Below, piece after piece: positions 46,301-54,325 of a stretch of DNA of 64,000 nucleotides. How positions within the stretch are numbered: the first letter of the stretch is position 1; every line of letters begins with the position of its first letter. The translations under genes were made by a program, and so were the position numbers. The notes beneath the pieces were generated by a model. It did no database searches. It saw nothing but the letters and a program-made list of their open reading frames with translations, and had not been told where the DNA came from. Source of the stretch: Verrucomicrobiales bacterium (GTDB taxonomy: Bacteria > Verrucomicrobiota > Verrucomicrobiia > Limisphaerales > UBA11358); contig JAQTQB010000005.1 in NCBI GenBank assembly GCA_028712475.1, positions 43,408 to 107,407 on the forward strand, written 5' to 3'.

Positions 46301-49300
46301 AGGCTCGTTTGATGAATATGTCGTCCCATATCCAAGCTCATAATCGCTTCCATCACCGGCACCCCAAGCATACAACTTTCCGTCTGATGCAAGCGCGACG
46401 GAAAAGTCATATCCAGCAACGACCATTGCAGCCTTGAACGCATTGGTCAATTGCAAAGGCAAATACGTCTCGCCACTGTAATCGCCTATCCCAAGTTTTC
46501 CATTATCTTTATCGCCCCAAGACCAAATGTTTCCTGCACTGTCCACGGCAAACGAATCATACCTCCCGCCCGCGACTTGGACGGCATTGCTCAAACCTAT
46601 CACTTGCACAGGCCGGTTAGTCTTATTGCCGCTCTGACCATTCCCCAATTCACCACTATAATTTGCTCCCCAGGCCCAGACTAACCCGTTGGACTGAACT
46701 GCTAGACTGTGATGTGCACCGGCAGCAACTTGGGCGATGTTGGCCAGATTTGTTACAAGAACTGGCGTTTGAGAATCGGTATAATTACCATTGCCTAACT
46801 CTCCAAAAAAATTGTAGCCCCAGGCTTTCACAGTTCCATCCGCTAAACGAACCAATACTTGATCAAATCCAGATGCCACTTGAACGGCGTTGGTGATCCC
46901 AGCAATCTGGGCTGGTGTTGAATTGCTGCTTCCTGTCCTATATATGTCTCCCCAGCCCCAGACAGTTCCATCAGATTCAACAACCAGTGAATTATAGCCT
47001 CCTGCCGCAATATCAACGACATTAGTAAGTCCAGGCACAGGCACAGGTGTTAGCTGATAGTCGCCAGAGGCGACAGTCCCAAGTTCACCAGACCAATTAT
47101 CGCCCCAGGCCCAAACAGTTCCATTTTCAGCAAGCGCCAACGCGTGATATTTCCCGGCAGAGATTTTAACAATGTTCGTCAGGCCTGGAATTTCTTTTGG
47201 GACGCTAGTTCCATAGTATTCAGAGGCGGCACCACCCAAAACTTCCCGACCCCAAGCCAAAACATGTCCATTGGGCTTCAGATAAAATGCAAAATCATCT
47301 CCAGCAGAAATCATCGGCATCTGTGAATGCTCCTTAAAAGTTGCTGTCACAGAATTTGTCCCGCTCCAAGCCGTCACGCTGACGAAACAATCGGCATTGG
47401 TTGTTAAAGGCAGAAACAGATAAACGGCAGCCATGCCATTTGAGTCGGTTCTTAAAGCAATGGAATTTGTCGTTGTTCCATTGGTGGATGTGGTTAATCC
47501 GCCTTGGGCGGCAGTGAAAATCAGCGGTGCGTTGGTCAAAATCACACCGTTGGTGCCGGTGATTTTCACGGCCAAGGCAATTGGGAGAAGACTGCCCGGC
47601 GCGCCGCATTGATAATTTCCTTTGTCAATTGTCAGTTGCGGCAAAACACCATTGTAATAATTTGTCGGATCGGTGCCGTTGAGATATTCGTTCAAGTTGC
47701 TCACGCCGTCGCCGTCGTAATCGCCACTGCCGGTTTGGGTATAATTGCCGAGCCATTTCCATTCCCACCAGTCGGGCAGGCCGTCGTAATCGGAATCTTC
47801 ATTCACGGGATAATGGTAGCCGGGGTCGGGTGTGTTGGTGTCGGCATAACCACCGTCCTGTGGCGCGTAGGTGGTCATTGTTCGGAGTTCCGCCAGCAGA
47901 TTGGGATTGATGTTCGTCGTGCCCGCATTCCGAAGACCGCTGGCATCGGTCAGATAATAACTGCCCGCACCGGCGCTTTGAAAGGGCAAGTCGCCTATGC
48001 CGATGGGATTGCCAAAATCATTATAATCGGGGTAGAACCCGTTGTAACTGCCGCTGAAGTGGCCGCCAGAATTGTCGAAGTTCATGTCAACCAAGATGCA
48101 GTTGGTCATGTTAAAACCCCAGCTTGTGGTTGATCCCTCTCCAACCAGCGAATAGTTATTCTCGTCGCCAGAATCGGGCGTGTTGGCAAAGGTCGCGTTC
48201 TGGGCGAAAAGGGACGCGCCCCCGTAGAGGCCCACCAGATTGACATTGGTGCGCACATTGGCCATCAGCACGTTTCTCAAATTCAGGGTCAGTGATTGAT
48301 AACTGCTGACCTTCACACCGTTCTGGCAGTTGGCCATCTGCACATTGGTCAAGTTCACGGTGCCCCCGCCCATGATGGCCGTTTGCGCAAAGGCAAAGCG
48401 CATGTTTTGCAGTGAACTCGTGCTGCCGGTGAGCCACAATGCATCAGCGGCGTAATAGCCGTCCGGGGCGCCCGTCGAGCCGCCGATGTTGTCGCCCACG
48501 CTGTTGTCGTCTTTCGCCGTGAATATCACCGGACGATCAGCCGCCGCATTTATTTTTATGGCCTGAATGCAAATATAAGCATTGTTCGTGTATTTAAGCA
48601 CCGCGCCACCCTCAAAGATATTGGTTCCCCAAAGGAGCACGTTGCCGCTGATGTAATAGGTCGTGTTGCTCTGAAAGGTGTAGTTGGTCTGGCTGCTGTT
48701 GACCGTTTGATAATCCAGCACGAAACCTTGCGTTGGCAACGCGGCTTTGGCCATGAGCATGGGCTTGGAGGCGTCGTTTTTCGCCAGCCGTTGCGGTGGC
48801 AACGCCAGATGCCGGGAAGCCGTATGCGAATTCTTGCCGGAACCCGACTGCATCGCCGTCAGGGGCAAAGCCGCCAACCCGTCAGCAATGGCGTCCACCG
48901 GCACTTCCTCCACCAGAAACTGCCGCCCGTCGAGTTGCTGCCATTGCTTGCCCACCAATGCCTTCGCATCCTTCGCCCCCGCCTCTTTCGCATTCTGCTC
49001 CAGCAAAAATGCCCGCCCCGGTATCATCTGCATCGTGCCGAAACCAAGGCTTTGATCGGTCAGGGCCAGCCCCGTCTGCTCCGGCAATTTTGTTGTTTGG
49101 ATGGTCGGCTGCGGAGGCGCAAAGAACTCGGTCAGGACTTGAAGCCGGGCAGTGCCGGGGTTCAGGCCGAATGATTCGGGTGTCGGCGGCTGTTGCCGCA
49201 GGATTATGTCCTGCTCAAACCCGGCCTTGGTGTAGGTGTAGCGCAAATCCGCCTTGAAATCCGTGAACGCATTTTGATAGACCACTTGGTTGTTGCCCAC

Positions 49301-49726
49301 CACGACCCCGATGGAATTTGTCAGTTCGGCGATCAACACGCTGTTCTTTCCGTCAAAAAAACTCAACCCGATGGGCCGGCTTTTCAGGTGCTGCCCGTCC
49401 GGGGTCACCAGTTCAATCTGGCCTTTATAAATGTCGCCGGGGAAATAGGCCTGATGCTGGCCGCTGGTCGCCGCCGCCGTGCCGTTGGGCAGAATATCAA
49501 TCCATTCCCTGGATTCCACCCATTGTCCATTCCGCTGGTGGTGCATTCCCGTCTCCAGTTCGGTGTAGCTGTGGATGCAATTGGTGCCATTCTCCACGGT
49601 GGTCTTGCTCACCACACGCCAGTCCGCCCCGCGCCCGGTGACAAAATAACCAGACTGCGCGCGGGCAAGGCCGGCAACGAGAACCGCAGCGAGCATGACA
49701 ACCGGCCAGTTCATTTTTGATTTCAT
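43391..49726 (-). CDS. Giant secreted/surface protein (2111 aa) with a beta-helix-like region, a 7-blade RCC1 propeller, Ca-binding D-x-D-x-D-G-type motifs, Ig-like segments, an NHL propeller and a C-terminal NTF2/SnoaL-like module
   Basis: The signal peptide is MKSKMNWPVVMLAAVLVAGLARAQ. There are seven RCC1-type repeats, for example AGKYHALALAENGTVWAWGDNWSGELG. DSDYDGLPDWWE, DYDGDGVSNLNEYLNGTDP and DYDSDGTNNLQEYLNGADP are present. There are five NHL-type repeats, for example GQFNAPKGLTYDSVGTLYVVDSGNNRIV. Confidence 0.85.
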   Translation of the reverse strand: MKSKMNWPVVMLAAVLVAGLARAQSGYFVTGRGADWRVVSKTTVENGTNCIHSYTELETGMHHQRNGQWVESREWIDILPNGTAAATSGQHQAYFPGDIYKGQIELVTPDGQHLKSRPIGLSFFDGKNSVLIAELTNSIGVVVGNNQVVYQNAFTDFKADLRYTYTKAGFEQDIILRQQPPTPESFGLNPGTARLQVLTEFFAPPQPTIQTTKLPEQTGLALTDQSLGFGTMQMIPGRAFLLEQNAKEAGAKDAKALVGKQWQQLDGRQFLVEEVPVDAIADGLAALPLTAMQSGSGKNSHTASRHLALPPQRLAKNDASKPMLMAKAALPTQGFVLDYQTVNSSQTNYTFQSNTTYYISGNVLLWGTNIFEGGAVLKYTNNAYICIQAIKINAAADRPVIFTAKDDNSVGDNIGGSTGAPDGYYAADALWLTGSTSSLQNMRFAFAQTAIMGGGTVNLTNVQMANCQNGVKVSSYQSLTLNLRNVLMANVRTNVNLVGLYGGASLFAQNATFANTPDSGDENNYSLVGEGSTTSWGFNMTNCILVDMNFDNSGGHFSGSYNGFYPDYNDFGNPIGIGDLPFQSAGAGSYYLTDASGLRNAGTTNINPNLLAELRTMTTYAPQDGGYADTNTPDPGYHYPVNEDSDYDGLPDWWEWKWLGNYTQTGSGDYDGDGVSNLNEYLNGTDPTNYYNGVLPQLTIDKGNYQCGAPGSLLPIALAVKITGTNGVILTNAPLIFTAAQGGLTTSTNGTTTNSIALRTDSNGMAAVYLFLPLTTNADCFVSVTAWSGTNSVTATFKEHSQMPMISAGDDFAFYLKPNGHVLAWGREVLGGAASEYYGTSVPKEIPGLTNIVKISAGKYHALALAENGTVWAWGDNWSGELGTVASGDYQLTPVPVPGLTNVVDIAAGGYNSLVVESDGTVWGWGDIYRTGSSNSTPAQIAGITNAVQVASGFDQVLVRLADGTVKAWGYNFFGELGNGNYTDSQTPVLVTNLANIAQVAAGAHHSLAVQSNGLVWAWGANYSGELGNGQSGNKTNRPVQVIGLSNAVQVAGGRYDSFAVDSAGNIWSWGDKDNGKLGIGDYSGETYLPLQLTNAFKAAMVVAGYDFSVALASDGKLYAWGAGDGSDYELGYGTTYSSNEPDYTRPYSVYYNPVEPKPQIIQAGACANPFLAQSFQFRVTDLAGNPLTNAPVYVRVAQGDLWLDTNSDAEVIQYNEFSDLRLDTGTNGEVEVFAYAFDTVNTNCTINFYAASPEGGLGVGTNLQLTIVIPKFQITGGQYQTNAAGMFLPVTVQLTGAGSAPLTNIEEAVAIVSGAVQLATATNGIAETSLTLTTDSSGLTSFWVYFPTNVPLANFLDDMVSVQIGSGGYYTGTNFNPNIIGYPAGTYWSGLPDYLANPDGALGTWETNYFGHGGLDPLGDYDSDGTNNLQEYLNGADPNKISFAFSFANQYVSTNIVSGIITVLGGVPSYFALLVDSTNFAGATWTAYTSSNLTVSLGTNQGAHDVWVGLRGLPSNAHQTWEETTLVLDSVPPTISITNPVNNVSFNASRVNVSGNFTAGSLKQVTVNGVLAFVNGTNFNALNVPLDAGTNIITALLEDLTGSTNVASINIITTTNANGSLNNPVQLQATPIAGFAPLTVTFQVQTNMPGTFQQAAYDFNGDSLADFVTNNLNSITHAYATNGEYFPVVTIQTTTGRFSSVGGWNAVALDEINQPIRINVQMPPTVATFASITDPVDLKLIGTNLYVLSRSAATLTEFSTNGSTIRSLSSVGTNPSGFDVDAAGNVYVAVSASNQVWKLKPTSSSFAADTNFGVRGVIGFTNGISGTTNGAFNAPFDVAVTPDGQSISVSDSGNHRIQQFAVTTGAFIASFGAAGSAVGQFNAPKGLTYDSVGTLYVVDSGNNRIVLAQGSSVQGVAGTNGTALGQFSGPVNLCVGTRGVYVADTGNNRIQKFKFPASGFFSITASSIDYAVTTNLSQPYAVAAVNNFTNDLFYIADTGNNRVILCTAPSGDADPVLAVWNHMTARIAAADIPGAASDFSSLSADKYRQSFLDLGTVTTISAIGQIGTLKPVFVNGDTAEYYFQQTIDGQAITFPIEFVKENGAWKIDSF

Positions 49727-49797
49727 TTTTCCTTCCGATGTTTTTTCCGCAAATCAAGACCGCTGCAAAATTTGTTTTACGCACCACCTCACCCCGG

Positions 49798-49831
49798 CCC
49801 TCTCCCCCAACTCTGTTGGCGGAGAGGGGGG
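49798..49831. repeat. Palindromic element in the leader of the giant gene
   Basis: ccctctcc(ccc)-aactctgttggc-ggagaggg(ggg): 8-bp G/C-rich arms with a 15-nt interval between them. Confidence 0.6.
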
Positions 49832-49890
49832 AAACTTTCGCCGTCGCCCTGGCTGCTTAAGATTCATTTCCAGACGCCAGACCCCATTTT

Positions 49891-50604
49891 TCATTTCATC
49901 ACGCGGTCGGACGGGAGTTGAAACTCCAGGCGGACGCCCGCATTGGCGGAATCAGTGTGCGGCCATTCGGCATCGGCGGCAAACTGGATTTCGCGCCGCC
50001 GGGCAATGATGTCGTTCACGGCGGTTTCCAACTGCCGGCGGGCGGTGGTGGCATCGCCTTGTGCGCCGGTCTGGTCGCCTTGCACGCCTTGATAATCCAC
50101 CAGCGCCGTTTGCAGCGCGGTGATTTTGGCGGGCGTGATGCCGGGCAGCGCGTCGGTGGCGAGCTTGCTTAAAATATTTGCGGCGGTCTGCTCCAGCAAA
50201 CTGCGGCTGTTGTAAAACTGCTGGCCCACGCCGTAGTCCTTCAGCTTCACCGGCCCGGTGGCGTCGTATTTCTGCCGGGCGCGTTTCTGCACTTCCTGAA
50301 TCTTGTTCACGAGGTCATCCATCAATCCGCTTTCCTCGGCGGTGACGCCCTGTTTGCCGGTGGTTCCCTGCACGGCCTGCGCGCCCAGGTTGCGCGCGGC
50401 GGCAATGGCGGTCGTCAAGCCGGTGACTTTGGCGGCGTCAATTCCACCAACGGCGAGCGTGGCGGCATAGGCCGGTTTTTTGGCGGCGGCGGCAATTTCT
50501 TCGGCCCCGCTCAATTCATCGAGCAAGGATTGATTGACGATGCCCCGTTTGGGCGTGGTTTTCGGCGCAGGTGCAGGAGCGGGTGTCGGCGTGGGATCGG
50601 GCAT
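49891..50604 (-). CDS. Orphan hypothetical protein with a proline-rich N-terminus and a predicted helical body
   Basis: 237 aa beginning MPDPTPTPAPAPAPKTTPK..., then an Ala/Gln/Thr-rich region that is probably alpha-helical. It has no signal peptide and I recognise no family. The frame has good coding-like composition. Confidence 0.6.
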   Translation of the reverse strand: MPDPTPTPAPAPAPKTTPKRGIVNQSLLDELSGAEEIAAAAKKPAYAATLAVGGIDAAKVTGLTTAIAAARNLGAQAVQGTTGKQGVTAEESGLMDDLVNKIQEVQKRARQKYDATGPVKLKDYGVGQQFYNSRSLLEQTAANILSKLATDALPGITPAKITALQTALVDYQGVQGDQTGAQGDATTARRQLETAVNDIIARRREIQFAADAEWPHTDSANAGVRLEFQLPSDRVMK

Positions 50605-50610
50605 GATTAG

Positions 50611-50638
50611 TTTATGGTTGAGGGTTGATGGTTGAGAG
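50611..50638. repeat. Heptamer array (TTGAKGG family x4) directly upstream of the orphan gene start
   Basis: Reads tttatgg ttgaggg ttgatgg ttgagag, ending 7 nt from the ATG at 50604. Confidence 0.75.
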
Positions 50639-50715
50639 CATTGGCGAAAGCAAGGATTTTTAACCAGTCACGGCAGGCGGGCGGGCTGATTTGGCGTAAC
50701 TGGTTGAAAACAAGC

Positions 50716-50946
50716 TGACACGGCAGGAATTTAGCGTTTCCCGGCAGAAAATCAGGGCTTCCCGGCTGGAAAATAAGGCCGCACGGCTGGTGGCCAGCAT
50801 CACCCGGCAGAAAGACAGCATCACCCGGCTGGAAAACAGGATTGCCCGGCAACCGGACGGTGTTTCCCGGCGACTTTTTATCTCCGCCCGGCTGACGGAC
50901 AGGTTTCTCCGGTAGGAAAACATTGCCGGACGGCTGGCGGCTGGTG
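50716..50946. repeat. Eleven-unit, exactly phased 21-bp repeat array (consensus about ttyCCCGGCwGraaaacAGg)
   Basis: The core CGG(C/T) starts at 50721, 50742, 50763, 50784, 50805, 50826, 50847, 50868, 50889, 50910 and 50931. That is ten successive intervals of exactly 21 nt. Confidence 0.9.
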
Positions 50947-51012
50947 CCCCAGACATCGGCAGTGCCGGGAACCGGCTTGACTTTAGGCAATGAAAACTTC
51001 CCGCGTCTAACA

Positions 51013-51057
51013 GACGCAAGAGTGGCGACGCAAGAGTGGCGACGCAAGAGTGGCGAC
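51013..51057. repeat. 14-bp perfect tandem repeat (gacgcaagagtggc) x3.2
   Basis: Direct reading gives gacgcaagagtggc gacgcaagagtggc gacgcaagagtggc gac. It is preceded by the small palindrome gcgtc-taaca-gacgc. Confidence 0.92.
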
Positions 51058-51310
51058 AATTTCCTTGATTGGTGAAACTAAATTCATTGCCGGACAGGGT
51101 TTTAGTTTTGCACGGATGCGAAGTCAACAATCTTTTCCATTTATTTTAGAAATTCATAATCGTGGCAGCGGATGTGAGTCCGCTCGGATTTCCCAAATAA
51201 TGGAGCTGCTTGCGTCGGCTACCACAGGGTTTTGAAAAAGCTTCGTTTGCTTTTTTATTTCCAATCCGCCGTCGGTTTGGGCAGCATTCAGCAAATTTCG
51301 GAAGCAAATC

Positions 51311-52054
51311 ATGTATCAAGGGAAAAAAATTGTCGTCGTCATGCCCGCCTATAACGCGGCGCAGACTGTCACCAAAACCGTGGATGAAGTCCACCAGCAG
51401 CAGATCGTGGATAAAATCATCCTCGTGGATGACCGCAGCCGCGATGACACGGTGCAGGTGGCGTCGTCGTTGCTAGGCGTGTGCGTCCATGTCCACGAGA
51501 AAAACACCGGCTACGGCGGCAACCAGAAGACGTGCTACCGGCTTGCGCTCGAGGCCGGTGCGGACATCGTCATCATGGTCCACCCGGATTATCAATACAC
51601 GCCCAAGCTGATTCCGGCGCTGGCCTGCATGATTGCGAACGACCTGCATCCGTGCGTGCTGGCCAGCCGCATTTTGGGCGGGTATTCGCTGCAAGGCGGG
51701 ATGCCGGGCTGGAAATATGTGGCGAACCGTTTTCTCACGCTGGCGGAAAATATTCTGCTGGGCGCAAAACTTTCGGAATACCACACGGGTTACCGGGCGT
51801 TTTCCAAGGAGGTTTTGCAGAAGCTTGACCTGTCAAAAAACTCCGACGATTTCGTGTTCGACAACCAGATGCTTGCGCAGATCCTCTGGCACGGCTTTAC
51901 GATCGGCGAAGTGAGCTGCCCGACGAAATACTTCAAGGAAGCGTCGTCCATCAATTTCCGGCGCAGCGTGAAATACGGCTTCGGCTGCTTGAACGTCGGG
52001 CTGAAATTCCGGCTGGCAAAGATGGGGCTGTGCCGGTCGGATCTGTTTCCCTGA
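51311..52054 (+). CDS. Family 2 glycosyltransferase (polyprenyl-phosphate sugar synthase-like)
   Basis: 247 aa with the GT-A signature VVMPAYNAAQTV, ILVDDRSRDDT and VMVHPDYQY (DxD-like). It is short and soluble-type, like Dpm1/GtrB relatives. Confidence 0.87.
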   Translation: MYQGKKIVVVMPAYNAAQTVTKTVDEVHQQQIVDKIILVDDRSRDDTVQVASSLLGVCVHVHEKNTGYGGNQKTCYRLALEAGADIVIMVHPDYQYTPKLIPALACMIANDLHPCVLASRILGGYSLQGGMPGWKYVANRFLTLAENILLGAKLSEYHTGYRAFSKEVLQKLDLSKNSDDFVFDNQMLAQILWHGFTIGEVSCPTKYFKEASSINFRRSVKYGFGCLNVGLKFRLAKMGLCRSDLFP

Positions 52055-52111
52055 TCTGCGCAATCAAAAAACGCAAGGCCTCTCAAAATCCACTTCAAAG
52101 GCTTCCTGCCT

Positions 52112-53503
52112 TCATTTTGGAACGGGCCGGTGATAAATGAACCACCCGTAGCCGCCGATGCTAAAGTCAGGGATGAGGGTGTTAACAGAGTTCGGCCAGC
52201 CGCTGATTTTCACCGGCTTGAAGTCTTCTGCATTTGACAATTCAACGGATCCGGTTACGCGGCGGCTTGAAAGGTTGATCAGGACAAGGAACTCATCATT
52301 CGCATCCTTGCGCAGGAAGCTGACAATTTCTCCCGGAGCCGTGTTCTGAAGCCAGGCAACATCCCCGTTATAAAAGGCAGGGTATTGTTTGCGGAGCTTG
52401 ATTAAATCCCGGTAAATGTCGCGCAGAGGAGGGCGTCCGCCGGAGTTCCAAAATACCGGCATTTTTTCAAACAAGGCCGGATCTGCGGACTCGGTGGCAT
52501 CGCCCACTTCCATGCCGTTATAAAAGAGCGGGACGCCGTCGAGCGTCAACATCAACACCTGTGCCGCGAGGGCTCCATTCACGCCGTAACGCGCCACCGC
52601 CCGGATTTGCTCGTGGTTGTCGGTGAATCGCAGATGCATCGCGCCCTTGGGGAACTGCTGATCGGTGTGTTCCCACGAATCTTTTATGAAATAGGCAGGC
52701 ACCACGCTGTTCATGACCGTATTCAGCGTGCCAATCAGCGCCCATGAAGAATCCACGTCGAAAGCTTTTTCAAGCAGCGCCGGCTTGGCCCCGGCGTCAG
52801 CAAGAATAACGACTTGGGGATTGATCTTCTCAAGTTCAGTCCGGGCTGCCTCCCAAAAATCCATCGGCACCGTTGGAGCCACGTCGCAACGAAACCCGTC
52901 CACGCCAAAATCCTTCAACCAGTATTCCATCATTCCAATCATGTAGCGGCGAACCTCTGGATTCGCATAATTCAACCCGGCCACATCCGTCCAGGCAGGG
53001 TCGGGGGGGATAATCGCACCATTCGTATTCTGCAGGTAAAATTCCGGATGTGACATGAGAACGCTGTCCCAGGCAGTCTGGCCGGCGACAATATCCATGA
53101 CCACTTTCATGCCGCGCTTGTGGGCTTCCCCGACCAGTCGTTTGAAATCATTGGCGGTGCCATAGGCGGGGTTGATGGCATAAAAATCGCGCACCGCGAA
53201 CGGGCTTCCGATGGAACCTTTCTTCATCTTTTCGCCTGTCGGGTGGATTGGCATGAGCCAGAGAACGTCCACACCAAGATCGTTTAATTCATCCAGCCGG
53301 GCGGTAATAGTATTGAAATTCCCTTCCTTGGAGAAGTTTCGTGGAAAGATTTCATACACAACCGCACTCCGGAGCCAGCCGGGTGACTTGTGAGCGCCTG
53401 GAGCGGACGCATCCGCCGCTGAAACAACAGTGGGATGAATCGCCAACCAGCCGATGAATGCTATGACGAGCAGGTATCGCAGTTTTTGTTGGGTGCTGTT
53501 CAT
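52112..53503 (-). CDS. Secreted GH13 alpha-amylase-family glycoside hydrolase
   Basis: The start is chosen at MNSTQQKLRYLLVIAFIGWLAIHPTVVSA, a signal peptide. GH13 regions are present: DVLWLMPIHP, GMKVVMDIV, GVDGFRCDVA and FTDNHEQ. Confidence 0.88.
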   Translation of the reverse strand: MNSTQQKLRYLLVIAFIGWLAIHPTVVSAADASAPGAHKSPGWLRSAVVYEIFPRNFSKEGNFNTITARLDELNDLGVDVLWLMPIHPTGEKMKKGSIGSPFAVRDFYAINPAYGTANDFKRLVGEAHKRGMKVVMDIVAGQTAWDSVLMSHPEFYLQNTNGAIIPPDPAWTDVAGLNYANPEVRRYMIGMMEYWLKDFGVDGFRCDVAPTVPMDFWEAARTELEKINPQVVILADAGAKPALLEKAFDVDSSWALIGTLNTVMNSVVPAYFIKDSWEHTDQQFPKGAMHLRFTDNHEQIRAVARYGVNGALAAQVLMLTLDGVPLFYNGMEVGDATESADPALFEKMPVFWNSGGRPPLRDIYRDLIKLRKQYPAFYNGDVAWLQNTAPGEIVSFLRKDANDEFLVLINLSSRRVTGSVELSNAEDFKPVKISGWPNSVNTLIPDFSIGGYGWFIYHRPVPK

Positions 53504-53675
53504 GGGTTTTGAAGGGTTGAATTGATTTAATGAAGCATGTTTTCGGCATGCATTTTCAGGTGACAGAGAAGACCTTACCAAAAGGCCTAATAGCTGTCCA
53601 GCAACACAAACGGATAATTCCATCTCCGTATCTTTGCGCCTGGTCAAGCCGATTCCGGGTGGTCAGCGTGCGGTT

Positions 53676-54224
53676 TCACTTCGCAATCATCCCGCTCGCG
53701 CGGGCATAATTGAAGATGCCGCCGGCGTCCACGACCGGCCGCACATCGCCGAGCGGTTTGAAATGATGAACCTTGCCGGTGGCCTTGACAGTAACGGTCG
53801 CGGCGTCGAGGTCAACGGTCACGATGTCACCGGTTTTCAGCACGTCGCAGAGGCGCTCGGTGATTTCGCAGGGATATAGTTCACCGGTGGCGACGCAGTT
53901 GCGGAAGAAGATGCGCGCGAAACTTTCCGCGAGCACGAGATGGCAGTTGGCGGAACCCATCGCAATGGGCGCATGTTCCCGCGAGCTGCCACAGCCGAAA
54001 TTCTTGCCGCCAACGACGATGGGATAATCGCTGTCGAGCTGGCCTTCCTTGACGTAACGGACAGGGTAGAGCGATTTGGGCAGGCCGTCGAGGGCGTGGC
54101 TGCCGAGCTTTTCGTATTCCTCGGCAATCGTAGGCACGAGGTTCAGAAATTGCGCGGAGATGATCTGATCTGTGTCAATGTTGTCGCGCACGACGTAAAC
54201 AGGCCCGGTAAATACACTTTGCAT
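53676..54224 (-). CDS. leuD: 3-isopropylmalate dehydratase small subunit (LeuD/aconitase swivel-domain family)
   Basis: 182 aa with NIDTDQIISAQFL, GKNFGCGSSREHAP and SFARIFFRN. Confidence 0.84.
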   Translation of the reverse strand: MQSVFTGPVYVVRDNIDTDQIISAQFLNLVPTIAEEYEKLGSHALDGLPKSLYPVRYVKEGQLDSDYPIVVGGKNFGCGSSREHAPIAMGSANCHLVLAESFARIFFRNCVATGELYPCEITERLCDVLKTGDIVTVDLDAATVTVKATGKVHHFKPLGDVRPVVDAGGIFNYARASGMIAK

Positions 54225-54325
54225 GGGGCCAATGTGCCGCGCGGGAATAAAATTTTCAATCAGATTTCAGCGATCCGCCAAGGCTTCAACCTTGCCGCTG
54301 GTGATGAAATTTCTATAATCCGTCC

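Noticed and set aside
50645-50665. Sigma-54-like TGG-N-TTGC on the minus strand upstream of the orphan gene (tggttaaaaatccttgct)
   Set aside because: The spacing between GG and GC is 12 nt instead of 10, so it does not fit the consensus.
50716-50946. Possible CRISPR array
   Set aside because: The units are contiguous 21-mers with no unique spacers between them. There is no cas gene in the window, and the repeats are degenerate rather than identical.
50607-51130. Two overlapping minus-strand ORFs (150 and 156 aa) spanning the 21-bp array
   Set aside because: I do not annotate them as CDS. Both frames are open simply because the repeat lacks stop codons, both begin only at TTG inside the 14-bp tandem repeat, and there is no signal or family motif. 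Coding remains one hypothesis in the finding.
53676-54224. An orphan leuD without an adjacent leuC as an anomaly
   Set aside because: Split or dispersed leuC/leuD genes are common, and nothing can be concluded from one window.
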